64,000 bases of DNA from Takakia lepidozioides (GCA_030704615.1 CM060731.1:34658001-34722000); one strand, 5' to 3'; positions 50,393 through 63,030 are shown, numbered from the stretch's first letter. The notes: a model not told the origin generated them from the letters alone. Translations and numbers: made by a program.

Positions 50393-50876
50393 AACAGAAT
50401 AATTAATTTATTTTGAAAACTAGAAAAAGGACAAAGAAGAACATAGCTAAGATGGTTATGAGGTGTATACCCATTTCGGGGAGGGGTTCCGAATTTGCTG
50501 TTATTGCTGCTCGCTCTCTTTTCCTTCGCGGTGAGCAACGACCATCTCCGGCTCATCTCCTCCATCTTGCAACGTCGACTGGGCAGTGGAGGTTGTTTGT
50601 TTGACCGGATCAGTTGGGCTGGCCCTTATTGTTAAGTCCACCTACCTCCTCACTGTTTGAGTCGCGATGGATTCTGTCCGGGTTTGTGTGATTTCCTCCA
50701 ATTTCCGTTCATGGATCTATACGAGTTTTCTTACCGTCAGTTGTAAAGTTCAAGAAGGTGGGAAATATTAAGATACAGATCAGGTATTGCCAAAAACACA
50801 ACCAGAACACAACCAGATGCAATACACACAATTTGTTCCATTTATAATGCTTAAAGACACCATAATTCTCCAGGTG

Positions 50877-53800
50877 TCATTCGTTACCTACATCCAAATT
50901 GACATGCTGGGAGACACTTTGAGAGCGAGTTGGGCTCTGATATCGGCCTCTGCCTCCGCTGTTTTTTCTTGGGAACGGACTTTTAGTCCTGGCTCTGTCA
51001 CCACTGTCCATTTTTGCGGGGGACGGGCTCTTAATCCTCCCTCTGTGTCCGCTGTCTTTTGTGGGCCACAGGCTCTTTGTCCTCGCTCTCTCTACCCTCT
51101 TTTTGGCGGGAGATGGGGACATTGGCGCCGGCTCGTCCCCTTCTACAGGTTTAAACCAGTCGTCTGCACTCCCAATAAAATTGCCGTGCACCTCGATTGA
51201 GTTCGCCTCCGCACCCCTTGATGGTGAAGCAAGATTACTTTTAGTTCTCTCGCGTGAACTCGACAAATCCCCATCCTGAATCACGACATTGTGGACCGCA
51301 ATGTCTTGGGTGATGTTCTCAATACCATCCTATGACTGAGTTCTGAAGTCCTGAATCACATCTAGGTGTCCAGCCTCCCAATGGTTGGCATTGTCACCAT
51401 CGTGGCCCTCGTTGTCCCCGTTACCATCGATGCCCTCGTCCTCCTCTCCGTGTTCGGAATGTCCGCCTCCTTCTTCCAAGTCTTCATCTTCCTCCTCCTC
51501 ATCCTCATCATCGTCTCCGCCGTCAACCTCTTCAGCAACATTGTCATTCTCAATTTGAAGCTTCTTAAAATTCGCTTAACTTTTCCTTTGCAAAACTTTT
51601 TTTTGGTTGAGTGGTTGATGTCAAGCACTCGAATGTTTCTTGCCTGCAGATAAACCCAGTCAGTAAAACAGAGGACGTGTTCGATCAAAAATGTAAAATT
51701 CGTATTTAAAATGCAAAAAGGTTTTACACTTACATGAAGGGCGTACGTCAACATCACGCCTCCGAAGATGTTGACAGCGGATATCCCGTCTCGACAAAAC
51801 AGGGAGGCCAAATAGTCGTATGTGTCATCTCGTAGCTCATGATTATAAGTCATGCACTCTTCTTCAAAAGCTGATGGCTTCTCGGAGGGCCCTTCTTGAA
51901 TCGACTGTATTGGCTCGATTAACGGTACGGTGGAGATGTGCTCGTCCGGATTCTGCATCTCCTCAGGTGTCGCTGGAAAAACATAGTCCAGGCACAGTAC
52001 AGTCCGAGAGAAAGTCTTCGTGCTGTTTTTGTAAATATTTTCATACTCTCCCGGAACATAAAATCCCTGACGGACAAGATACGATGTTCTTCCGGGACCA
52101 TTTTGGATGTAGGAGACCAGATTGGCCGAGGACGGTTGCGTCGAGAAGAAAACAAAAGCACTCGTGTTCATTTTCTGAGCTACAAAGGCCTCCAGTATGT
52201 TCACATAATCCTTGGACTCAAATACGACAGAGTCGTCTTCAGAAACTGTATTGACGAACACCATCGCTATGTTGTCAAACCGTTTCTTCGGTGCGAGTCG
52301 CAGACGGGACTTGGCATCGGCGAATTTTGTTTCTCCACCCATGATAGCGTAATAAGTCTTGAAACTCGCTGAAATAATCGCCATGACATCCTCTCTATCC
52401 TCATAAGCTTTCTTGATGGAGGAGACATACTTAACAAAAGCGGCCGTGAGTGGTTTTGTCTCCATGTTCATCTTGATCTTGCTTTGGATGTAATCCGTCC
52501 CCAGTTTGTCTTTAAATGTTGAGAACTCTGCCTTATTGAAGTAGTACTTTCTCTTCACTTCACGCCACTCGTTCTTAGTGTACGGTTCCGTGCACTGTTT
52601 GCTCCTCCGAGGCCACCCCAACACTTCCATAACATCGTCGACAATAAACCGGCGCATTTTCATGTCGTCTATGTACTTGTTCATGCCTTGAATTGATTTG
52701 TCTTGACCTTTGTAATCTCGAATGGTCAATTTCAGGTCTAGGATTTTTTGAGCAACTTTTATCAGCTGCCATCTGTTCAACCCTTGCACCTTTGCGATAG
52801 CAGATTTCGTGAGCTATTGCTGTTCACCCTTGTACTGTAACCCAAGCAGGTTGAGTAGCTTTCCTTGCTCCCAATTTTTTAAAATATCTTCCCATATCTT
52901 CCAAATGTCGTCGTCGCAAAGTACCAGGACCATTGCCTCCTTAATGCTACCCATTTCAAGTATCAAATGACAGGCAAACATGAACTCCTGCACATTCATT
53001 CAGGGATAAATTACTTGTCACTCCGACAACAGAAGTATTCTTTAGCATAAAATGAATGTGAATAGTAGATTTTGATTCCATAAATGCATACCTTCCATTA
53101 TTTCGTCTCGGACTTGGTGGTGTGATCGTTGTATTTCTTTGGCTTCCCCCTCAGGTTGAATAACATTCGCGTATGCGCAACTTTCTCCGGTATTGTTGTA
53201 TCAAACTTTTGTGCCTTATTGGGATCGTTGAGGAGCTTTGACAACTTCAGGAGCCTTTGTTCATCGATAGACCATACAATCTTCGCAGGCCACTCCCGGT
53301 AGTACTCCTTCAGTTCGCTGTCGACAAGATCCTCGAGAAGTTCCTGCTACAGTTAATGTAAAATGGGTGAGATAGTTGAAAGTGTGGGGATATATCCAAT
53401 TTTGTAGTTCAACACCAACCTCCACTGCCCAGTGGAGGTTCGTTAAAAAAGAGGTCTGGGAGGAAATGAAGTCCATTACCTTTGCTGCCACGATGGTGTG
53501 TTGTCCACCAATTACGAAGAACCTTGATACGTCCATCTCCTTCCATTGCTTCGGTCGCGATGAAGCAATCTTCTTTGGATTGAAAGGGTTGATTGGCGCA
53601 AGATACACCGGATGTTTGGAGTCGAACAAATGAAGTTGGAAGAGTCGCGCTTTCACTTCGTCCCTATGCTTGATATTTAACGGCATGTAAACCATGCTCC
53701 TTGGAGCTAGTTCCATCACGGAAACCTTCACAAGGAAGGTACTCTCGAATCCGAATGGAAATACATCATTGTATTCCTTCGTGACCCCTCCTCCATCTTC

Positions 53801-54470
53801 TCTCATTTTTCCTTGTCAAAAATCTCCCCAGCTTTAGTTCTCTTGTTATCTGACATCAATGCTGGATCCTGATCCTCCTTCTGTTTCTTCTTTCCTACGG
53901 AAGTCCCGGCCTCATTGTCATCATTGTCGGTTGTCGACGACTTGCGTTTTCCCTTCTTCGGCTTTGATGCTTCTTGTAGTGCTCGCTTCTTGCGAATGTC
54001 GTTCCCCATTGCGTGCAGAAGATCCAGAAAAATACTCCAGGTCCTCGACAAACCTACGTCTGTAAATACTGAGCCTTCGTCTGGAAATCTAAAACCCAGT
54101 GCAACGCATTCACTCATCAATGACTTGTTCAGATGACCCACCTCCACTTTGAAACCAAACATCCTGGGGGTTCTCGCATCCTCATGCATGAACAAAACCA
54201 ACATCGGGTTTTCCTCTTCAGATTCAAGCTCTATATGGAGAGCTTCTGCGTATTTTAAGTCTGTTATTACTCCAAGACTTCTGTAATGAAAAGACAGTTT
54301 GTGATCAAGAGGTGTACCGACAGGCACGATGCCCCAATCTGTCACCTCTGGGTTAAGCTCAAAAATAGCGGTATGCTCAGTTTTGAAATGTGAGGACTTC
54401 TAGCATACGAATGCGCCACAAATATCTCCAATCAATTCCGGGACGCAATCTGGTGGTGTAGGATGTCTTC
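50877..54470 (-). CDS. Multi-exon gene of a large host element: ParB/Srx-like domain plus degenerate N4/N6 DNA-methyltransferase-like region; frameshifted
   Basis: PVYL...FFVIGGQHTIVAAK|...WPAKIVWSIDEQRLLKLSKLLN (ParB-like); later YNHELRDDTYDYLASLFCRDGISAVNIFGG...RNIRVLDI; GT-AG introns. Confidence 0.5.
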
Positions 54471-55096
54471 TGTTACAACCAAACACAAATTCATTAGATA
54501 ATCAAATAACGGATCTCTCTTACTAGCATCCATCATTCCAGAAATGAGAACCTCCACTGGACAGTGGAGGTTTGTATGTACGAGTCTTTCTACATGAAAT
54601 GGGAAATCCTCAATATTTTACAGATGATGAAGAAAAAAAACTTTAATGAAAATGAGGCTCAGGAGCCATTGAGTACATCATCCTGAAATAGGACTAATCT
54701 ACAATAGAAATCTTCGAACCTAATTCGTCCAAAATATACTACGGAACTTCTCGCACTATATTCAGACGATTCTAGATTATATACCCAAGAACTACATAAT
54801 GCTCCTTCTTATCTCTCTGAGTGTATCAAGCGAATAGTCTGGAGGGGTATATTTTGGGGATCCGGTGATACTATCAGGAGACGCAGGGGAGTATCCTGGA
54901 GATCCGGAGACGTCCAGTAGTTCCAGGACTCCCCCGCTCGTTTCAGTGTCCAGGAGGAAGTTTGGAGGATAATATCCTTCAAATCCTGATGTGGATTCAG
55001 GAGATGCTGGCGAGTAACCCGGAGATGCTGGATATCCAAAAACGGTCACTCGTATCGCCGCCAATGTGTCTGGGGAATAGTCTGAAGGGGTGTATG

Positions 55097-55792
55097 TGTC
55101 GCGGCCCTTTGCCTTGAGGGCAGGGGGTCGGGACACATGAGGGGCTGCCCCTGTGGTGGGGGCAGCGGCAGCAATAGGTATGGGGGGGGGGGGGGGGGGG
55201 GCTGAAGCACCCTTGAGTGCCCAAGGCACTCAAGGAGGCGGAGGCGCTCACTAGGTGGAGCCCCGCACACCGGGTTGCGGTGGGGGTGGCATAGGACTCA
55301 CCATGGGGGCGGAGACCTCGTGGTGGGAGTCGTGGGGAGTCTTGGGACTCATCACGGTCCAGAGGGGCCGTGGTGAGTGGGCCAAGACTCACCGCGACTC
55401 ATCACCGGGAGTCGAGGGTTTTCGTGGTGGTTCGCCATAAAATGGCATGGCTGGTTGTGAAACCCCGCGGACAGCTACAAAAGTATATATAAGGGGAGTA
55501 GTGACCCCGAGAACGGTGCAAGCCCGTTGGTGACCAAAACTAGTGAGTAAGCGAGCGAGCCGGAAATCGACCAAAGAGTGGGGAGCTGTTCCGGACTGCC
55601 ATCTACCAAAGGGAATTCTCCTAGGCCCAAATAGGTGGAGGGTTTAGTGGGAAGCGAAGGGGGGACCGTTATGTCCCGGTGAGCAGCCGAAGCTCCAAGT
55701 TGGCCCGGGCGGCCAGGTTGGGAGTCAGGCGCGCGCATCGGAGCGAGTAACTATGACTTGAAGGGGAGCTTACCGAAGTGAGGTGCGCGACA
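55097..55792 (+). repeat. 5' LTR (696 bp)
   Basis: Direct repeat of 61271-62000. Confidence 0.95.
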
Positions 55793-55794
55793 TT

Positions 55795-55806
55795 TGGTAT
55801 CAGAGC
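55795..55806 (+). promoter_or_regulatory. PBS for tRNA-iMet
   Basis: TGGTATCAGAGC, 2 nt after the LTR. Confidence 0.95.
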
Positions 55807-55847
55807 TTAGAGTTCAGTACGCGATCGTCCTTGGGATTGGCCTCATC

Positions 55848-56920
55848 ATGGGGTCGGGCAAGCCAAAGCGAAAGCGGAACGGCCCAAAAGATGATGATCC
55901 TGGTGAGCCCGATGGGGGCGACGTGTCACCGAAGCGGCCGTTTGAGGAAGCGATGCAGGTTTCTGAAAGCGAGGCCGCTCAAGAGCGGGAGGAATCCGAG
56001 GAGTCGGAGCCCGAGGAATCCGTGAGAGCTCCGACCGACCAACAGATGCCTCCCATGCCGGCAGCCTTTTGGGAAGGGTTGTTGGCGCAGTTTGGCGGGA
56101 CGATGAAAGACGTGTTGAAGGGGCTAATGCCACTTCCACTAAGGCAAAGTTTGAAGTGAAGCCTAAGGAACCTGGCACCTTCGAGGGCGTCCGAAATCGG
56201 AAGGCACTCAACACCTGGCTCCTGGAGCTAGAGCATTACTTCCGGGCGGCCAAGTTGAGTGACGAGGATCGGGTGGAAGTGGCTCCCACCTATTTGAAGG
56301 GCTATGCTCAACAATGGTGGCAGAAACGCCTTCACGACCGAGGCCCAAGCCCGGAAACCTTGAACTGGAGTGGGTTCAAGGAATTGATGAAGAGACAGTT
56401 TGTGCCCCTCAACGCGTCCTGGCTTGCCTGGGACAAGATGAGGAATTTGAAGCAAACAGATGACATTTGGGGGTATGTCCAGGCTTTCAATGTGCTGTTG
56501 CTCGAAGTCGCGGACATGGCAGAACCAGAAATGGTCTTCAACTTTGTGGCGGGACTGGCTCTATGGGCCAGGCGGAAGTTGGAGGAGAAGCCACCCAAGA
56601 CTTTGAACGAGGCAATTGAGAGGGCTGAATGTTTCTCGGATGTCCCTAGGGGTGAGAGACAAGGCCGTACGGAGCTGAACCACAAGAAGACCCGGCGGGA
56701 AGGTGACTCCTTCCGACCGGAAAAGAAGTGGGATAGGCCATGCGGCGACAATGGCACGCGGAAATCGAAGGGAGGGCCTTCACACGTCAAGGCGGCACCC
56801 GGTGCTTCGAAAGGAAAAGCGGGTGGAGCGGCTTATGGCGGACAGAAGACGACCTTTGATGGAGTGTGTTTCAATTGCGGGGAGCCCGGGCACATGGCCA
56901 AGAAGTGCACGAAACCTTGA
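55848..56920 (+). CDS. Chromovirus gag (one frameshift near 56130)
   Basis: KPKEPGTFEGVR, YLKGYAQQWW, zinc knuckle CFNCGEPGHMAKKC. Confidence 0.88.
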
Positions 56921-59900
56921 CAATTGAACATGTCTCGGGCAACCACGGAACTGTCGGAAGATACCATCAGTCGCTTGGTGGAAGCGGTGGTCGCCAGGAC
57001 TTGCAAGGTAGGCAACTATTCTTGTGAGTTGTATCAGGAAACTGGCGCCCTGCGTAAAATGAGTCAGTTATTGTTCGTGGATGGGATAATATCCGGAACT
57101 AACGTGTCGTTGTTGGTGGACACAGGAGCGTCGCACTCCTTCATGACGCCGGCGGCGGCGCGAAAGTTGGGACACCCGACAAGCGACGTGGGGGCCTCTA
57201 TAGAGGTGCGTTCTGCCAAAGGAGAACCACAGATGGCGACGAGGTTGGCGTTTGATGTTCCTCTTCAACTGGGGAGTTGGGAGGGACGTGAGAACTTCAC
57301 CATCTGCGAGATCGATGCAGTGGATCTCATTTTGGGGATGACCTTTTTGAGCAAATCCGGAGCGGTCATAGATGGCCACAAGAGAGTAGTCACGCTGCCA
57401 TGTGGGAATGGTGGCGAGGTTTTACGAGTTTCGGAAACGCCCAAATCCGTGGGAGGGCGAATAAACCTTCTGTCAGCAAAGGAGTGGGCCGTGGAGGAGG
57501 CACACGAGCCCCAATTTTTGCTTTACATTAGAGAAGTGAAAGGAGAAGGCGATGGGGAGCCGAGCCCAGATTGGATCAAGGGGATTTTGGAAAAATACCA
57601 GGATGTGATGCCGGAGGATTTACCAAGCGGCTTGCCACCGCGAAGAGGAGTTGACCACAAGATTGAGGTGATACCGGGATCGGAACCGACTGCCAAGGCG
57701 CCCTATCGGTTGAGCCACAGAGAGTTGGTCGAGCTGAAGCCTCAGCTCAAGGATCTAATGTCAAAAGGGTACATCCGGCCGAGTAAGTCACCTTACGGAG
57801 CCCCGGTGCTATTTGCAGACAAGAAGGATGGGACGCTGCGGATGTGTGTTGATTACAGGGCTCTGAATAAGGTGACTATCAAAAACCGGTACCCTTTGCC
57901 AAGGATCGACGACCTCTTCGATCGGTTGGCAGGAGCGAAGTATTTCAGCCGGATCGACTTGCGCTCCGGCTATCACCAAATTCGGGTGGCGGAAGGAGAT
58001 GAGGAGAAGACCGCGTGCAGGACAAGGTATGGTTCATATGAGTTCTTGGTGATGCCTTTTGGGCTCACCAATGCACCTGCGACCTTTAGCACGCTGATGA
58101 ACAGTCTTTTCCAGGAGTGGTTGGTTGACTTTGTGATCGTGTACATCGACGACATCTTGGTGTACTCGAAAACAAAGGAGGAGCACCTGGAGCACCTCAA
58201 AAGGGTGTTCCAAAAGTTGCGGGAAGGGAAGCTGTACGTCAAAGCTTCAAAGTGCGAATTCGGGGTCACAAAAGTGGAGTTCTTGGGGCATGTGATTACA
58301 CAGGATGGGATCAAAATGGATGACAGAAAGGTGAGGGCGATCTTGGACTGGGAGCCTCCGACTTCGGTCCCGGGAGTGCGATCATTCCTAGGACTCGCCT
58401 CCTATTACCGGAAGTATGTGAGAAATTTCGCCAAGATTGCGGGGCCGCTGTCAGACCTTCTGTGTAAATCTAAAGTCTGGGCATGGAACACCTTTTGTGG
58501 CCAAGCTTTTGCTGAATTGAAGCAGCGGATGGCGGAAGCTCCAGTCTTGAAAATCCCGGAGTTCGAGATACATACAGATGCGTCGGACTTCGCGATTGGG
58601 GGTGTACTGATGCAAGATGGACGTCCAGTGGCTTACGAAAGTAAGAAACTGAATGAAGTGGAGCGACGGTGGCCGACGCACGAGAAAGAGATGAAGGCGG
58701 TGGTGCACTGTCTTGAGCTTTGGCGCCACTATGTTGGTTCCAACCCAGTGAAGGTGTTCACGGACAATGTCACGGTGAAGTATTTTGCCACGCAGCCCAA
58801 GTTGTCCCCAAAACAACTTAGGTGGCAAGATACTTTGGCGGTGTTCGACGTGGATATCCAATACAAACCGGGACGAGACAACGTGGTGGCAAGCAGCAGC
58901 TCTTGTTGGTGTACAAGGGCGAGACGGCGCTCCATAGGAAGATCCGGAAGGATGAGCTGGCAAAGTCCGTGATGCAGGACTTGAGGATGGGGGTTAAATC
59001 GCAGTTCCACTTGCAAAATGGACTGCTCCGGTATAAGCAAAAACGTCTCTATGTGCCGAAGGGAGGGATCAGAGATAGCCTCTTGAGAGAATGCCATGAT
59101 AGCCCGCTTGCGGGCCACGGCGGAGCCAAGCATACTGCGGCACTCTTGAAGAAAGAGTATTTCTGGCCCAAACTGAGGGAGGAGGCAGAGGAGTATGTCA
59201 AGACATGCACCACATGCCAACAAAACCGGAGCGAGTACAAAAAGCAAGCGGGGCTGTTACAACCCTTGCCGATTCCAGAGGGGACTTGGGAAAGCGTCTT
59301 GATGGATTTCATGACTGCTATGCCGCTGTCAAAAGGATTCGATGCAATCATGGTGGTGGTAGATAGGTTCAGTAAAATGGGCCATTTCATCCTCACCAAG
59401 GAGACGGCAACGGCGCAGGAGATAGGGCGACTTTACTTCGCCCACGTCTTAAAGCATCACGGAGTCCCGAAGGATATTGTCTCGGACCGCGATCCAAAGT
59501 TTACGAGTAAATTCTGGAGAGCACTTTGGAAGAAGATGGGGACGAGGCTGAAGATGAGCACCGCCTTCCGACCTACGACCGACGGCCAAACAGAAAGGGT
59601 GAATTCAGTGAAGCAGATCTTGCGGAATTATGTGTCGGCAGACAAAACAGACTGGGTGGAACACTTAGACGCGGCAGAGTTCTGTTATAATAACACAGAA
59701 CACTCCGCAACGGGAGTCTCCCTTTCGTATTGGTCTATGGAAAAGCACCTCTGGTGCCGACAAGTTGGGCCGCCCAGGACGTCAAAGAACCGGCAGTAGC
59801 GGCAGTACTGGAAGAACGCGAGCGTTTGTTGAAGCTCGCAAAGTACAACATTGCCAAAGCTAGGAAACGGTATGAAAGGCAGGCGAATCGGAAGCGGAGG

Positions 59901-60365
59901 GAAGTGAAGTTTGAGGCAGGTACAGAGGTCTGGTTAAACATCAAGAATTTCCGACTACCTCCGGAAGTGAGTCCGAAGTTCGTACCTCCGTATGCGGGAC
60001 CCTTTCGCATTCGGAAGGTTATGAATGAGGATGTGTATGAATTGGAGCTGCCGGCAAACAGCAAGGTGCACCCAGTATTCCATGTCTCTCTTTTGAAGCC
60101 TTACTTCAAAGATGAAGCGCATCCGAATCGGCATCAAGTGTTGCGTCCGCCACCTATGCTGTTGGATCATGAAAATGAACCTGAGTACGAGGTGGAGGCA
60201 ATACTTAAGTCGAGGAGGTTCAGGAACCGAGAGACGGAGTATCTCGTCAAATGGAAGGGCTATCATCATGTGGAGGCATCTTGGGTGCGTGCCTCAGAAA
60301 TGGGAAACGCATCCGAGGCGGTTGCAGCTTTCGAAGGGCGACCTCAAAAGCGGAAGAAGCGTTGA
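56921..60365 (+). pseudogene. Chromovirus pol: PR-RT-RH-INT-chromodomain, with small deletions and two frameshifts
   Basis: LVDTGA, YIDD, TDASD, HHCC, SDRD, GPF, chromodomain YEVEAIL...YLVKWKGY...SW. Confidence 0.92.
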
Positions 60366-61270
60366 TGGGGACATCAACCTTGGAGCGTGGGGGAGGAAAT
60401 GCATGCTTAGCCCGGCTTAGCTAGCTTAGGAATCCGATTACAAAAACTTGTATTGTACAAAAATTTGTTATAAAGGAAATGGGTTCCAAATGTTGTGCGT
60501 CCTATTTTGTTTGGAATGGTGATGCATGGTATGGTTGGCTAGTGTGTAGAATGCATGCTAGCTTATAAAAGTAGGAGAGGTAAATTGGGTTAATCGTGTG
60601 TTTGCGTAGTGCCAAAATCGGGTGACCCCCATCCAAGGGGTAAGGAAACTTGCAACTTCTTTGGGAGTTCACGTGCTAGTGCGCACCTGGCGCGTGCGCG
60701 TACTATAACTGCGCTACTGAGGGGGTTGCCTTGTAGTGCGGGCTAACGTGGAAGCTACGTGCTTCCGTTCACGTACTATAATCGTGTAGCCTCGGGACGA
60801 AGTCGTAGTGCGGCTTCGGCGTGTTCCCGTACCTCAGGCCAGCATTCCAAGGCGGACCCAATTGTAGTGATTGGGGCGCACGGTTGGTTCAAGGTTATCT
60901 TCCTAGTCAAAGAGGGTTCCAGGGAACCCTTGCTCAAGGTGATGCCAAAAGCGGCATCATGAGCGATCGCAAGCAATGTTGTTGCAGTAAGACGATTCGA
61001 TCCTCGGGGAGGATTGTTCCTTGGCCTTGAAGTAGGCCAAGAAGAGTGCACTGGGAGGAGCTGGAGAGGCTCCACCCTTGGCCGGGACTTGGAGGAAGTC
61101 GGCCGAACTAGCTAGTGGAGAGTAGAGTCAAGTGTGGGGTTTGGTTCTTTGCCATGGGACGCCATGGTACGGAAATAAACTCCTTGATGTGGGACGCCAC
61201 AACTTGGATGTTCGTTTCTACAAAATGGACAAGTCGATGAGGACATCGACTCCCTGTTGGTAGGGGTGTG

Positions 61271-62000
61271 TGTCGCGGCCCTTTGCCTTGAGGGCAGGGG
61301 GTCGGGACACATGAAGGGCTGCCCCTGTGGTGGGGGCAGCGGCAGCGATAGGTATGGGGGGGCTGAAGCACCCTTGAGTGCCCAAGGCACTCAAGGAGGC
61401 GGAGGCGCTCACTAGGTGGAGCCCCGCACACCGGGTTGCGGTGGGGGTGGCTCCACAAGGGGTGGTGGTAGCTTAGCAGGACTTAGTGGGGGTGGCATAT
61501 GACTCACCATGGGGGCGGAGACCTCGCGGTGGGAGTCGTGGGGAGTCTTGGGACTCATCACCGTCCAGAGGGGCCGTGGTGAGTGGGCCAAGACTCACCG
61601 CGACTCATCACCGGGAGTCGAGGGTTTTCGTGGTGGTTCGCCATAAAATGGCATGGCTGGTTGTGAAACCCCCGCGGACAGCTACAGAAGTATATATAAG
61701 GGGAGTAGTGACCCCGAGAACGGTGCAAGCCCGTTGGTGACCAAAAACTAGTGAGTAAGCGAACGAGCCGGAAAGCGACCAAAGAGTGGGGAGCTGTTCC
61801 GGACTGCCATCTACCAAAAGGAATTCTCCTAGGCCCAAATAGGTGGAGGGTTTAGTGGGAAGCGAAGGGGGGACTGTTATGTCCCGGTGAGCAGCCGAAG
61901 CTCCAAGTTGGCCCGGGCGGCCAGGTTGGGAGTCAGGCGCGCGCATCGGAGCGAGTAACTATGACTTGAAGGGGAGCTTACCGAAGTGAGGTGCGCGACA
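61271..62000 (+). repeat. 3' LTR (730 bp)
   Basis: Has 45 extra bp between GTGGGGGTGGC repeats and a shorter G run than the 5' LTR. Confidence 0.95.
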
Positions 62001-62629
62001 GTATGTCGGATAATCTTGGGAGTAGGCAGGAAATCCGTTGATATCATTGTTTACATGAACGCTTTCTCTTATTTCCGCCAGGGTATCCTTACAGATGACT
62101 TCAGGTGTATTGTTCAGAGATTCGGATGCGTTCCGCGGCGATTCTACAGTCACATTTTTGTCATTGACAAACACTTTGTTCGGCTCGGTAGACCTCCAAC
62201 TGGATTTTTCATCTAATTCCGAAACACCATGTTTTCTGGACGGTCCGCTTCCATCACGTCTACCGAACACCGTCTTTTGCTCCAATTGAATCTGGCTGTC
62301 TTGTACTCATCGTCAGACACCGGTTCCCCACCCTCGTTCCTCTTTCTCATTCTGACATAAAAACTAATCAGAGTGTGTAACTGACTGACCCAAAGAAATA
62401 TCGAACCTCCACTGGGTAGTGGAGGTTCCCAATTATCGTATCCCAGTCTCGTTGGAAAGTATATGTCACACTTACAATGTTACACATATGATTCCATCAC
62501 TCGTTCCCACATCGTCTCAAACTGATTTCAATTTTCCCGTAATTATCCGATTTCGTCCTTACTTAAAAAAAAAATCTTTCAGCTTCCGCATACAGAATTC
62601 ACGTGAACCTCATTAGTACAGATTATCGT

Positions 62630-63030
62630 TTTTATGACTGCAAATATCACTACATTTGCAGTGATAAGTGCGATTATGACTACATCACTCTGCAGTGATA
62701 AACACGAAGTCAGTTCTACCATCACTGCGGAGTGATAAGTGCGAAGTGATGGTCGTCACTGCAGACGTGGCACCTGCCTACGACTCAGAGTGACGTGGGG
62801 TGTAGTGTTGTAGTCATAACTATACGACTACAAGGCTACGTGTCATGACTACAATTACGACTATATCACTACAGATGAGTGCCAACATGGAGAGGTCTCT
62901 CCATGACACGCATGACCCCCCCCCCGGATGTATATGACTACACTTATGACTATATCACTACTCACTACATCATTGAGGGTAGCATGTAGTATATTTCATG
63001 ACTACAAATATGACTCCATCACTATAGGTT
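62630..63030. repeat. Clustered ATGACTAC / ATCACT motifs resembling DNA-transposon subterminal repeats
   Basis: Many short direct and inverted copies; no matching opposite terminus found. Confidence 0.5.

Larger units (their letters stand above)
55097..62000 (+). mobile_element. Full-length chromovirus (Galadriel-like Ty3/Gypsy LTR retrotransposon)
   Basis: LTRs 55097-55792 and 61271-62000 (TGTCGC...GCGACA), 5-bp TSD GTATG, tRNA-iMet PBS, G-rich PPT. The lineage name is an inference. Confidence 0.95.
54792..62350 (-). pseudogene. ORF with YSPASP (Pol II CTD-like) motifs, split by the chromovirus
   Basis: Removing 55097-62000 and one TSD copy rejoins AYSQDYPTY-TPSDYSPDT in frame. Confidence 0.6.
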
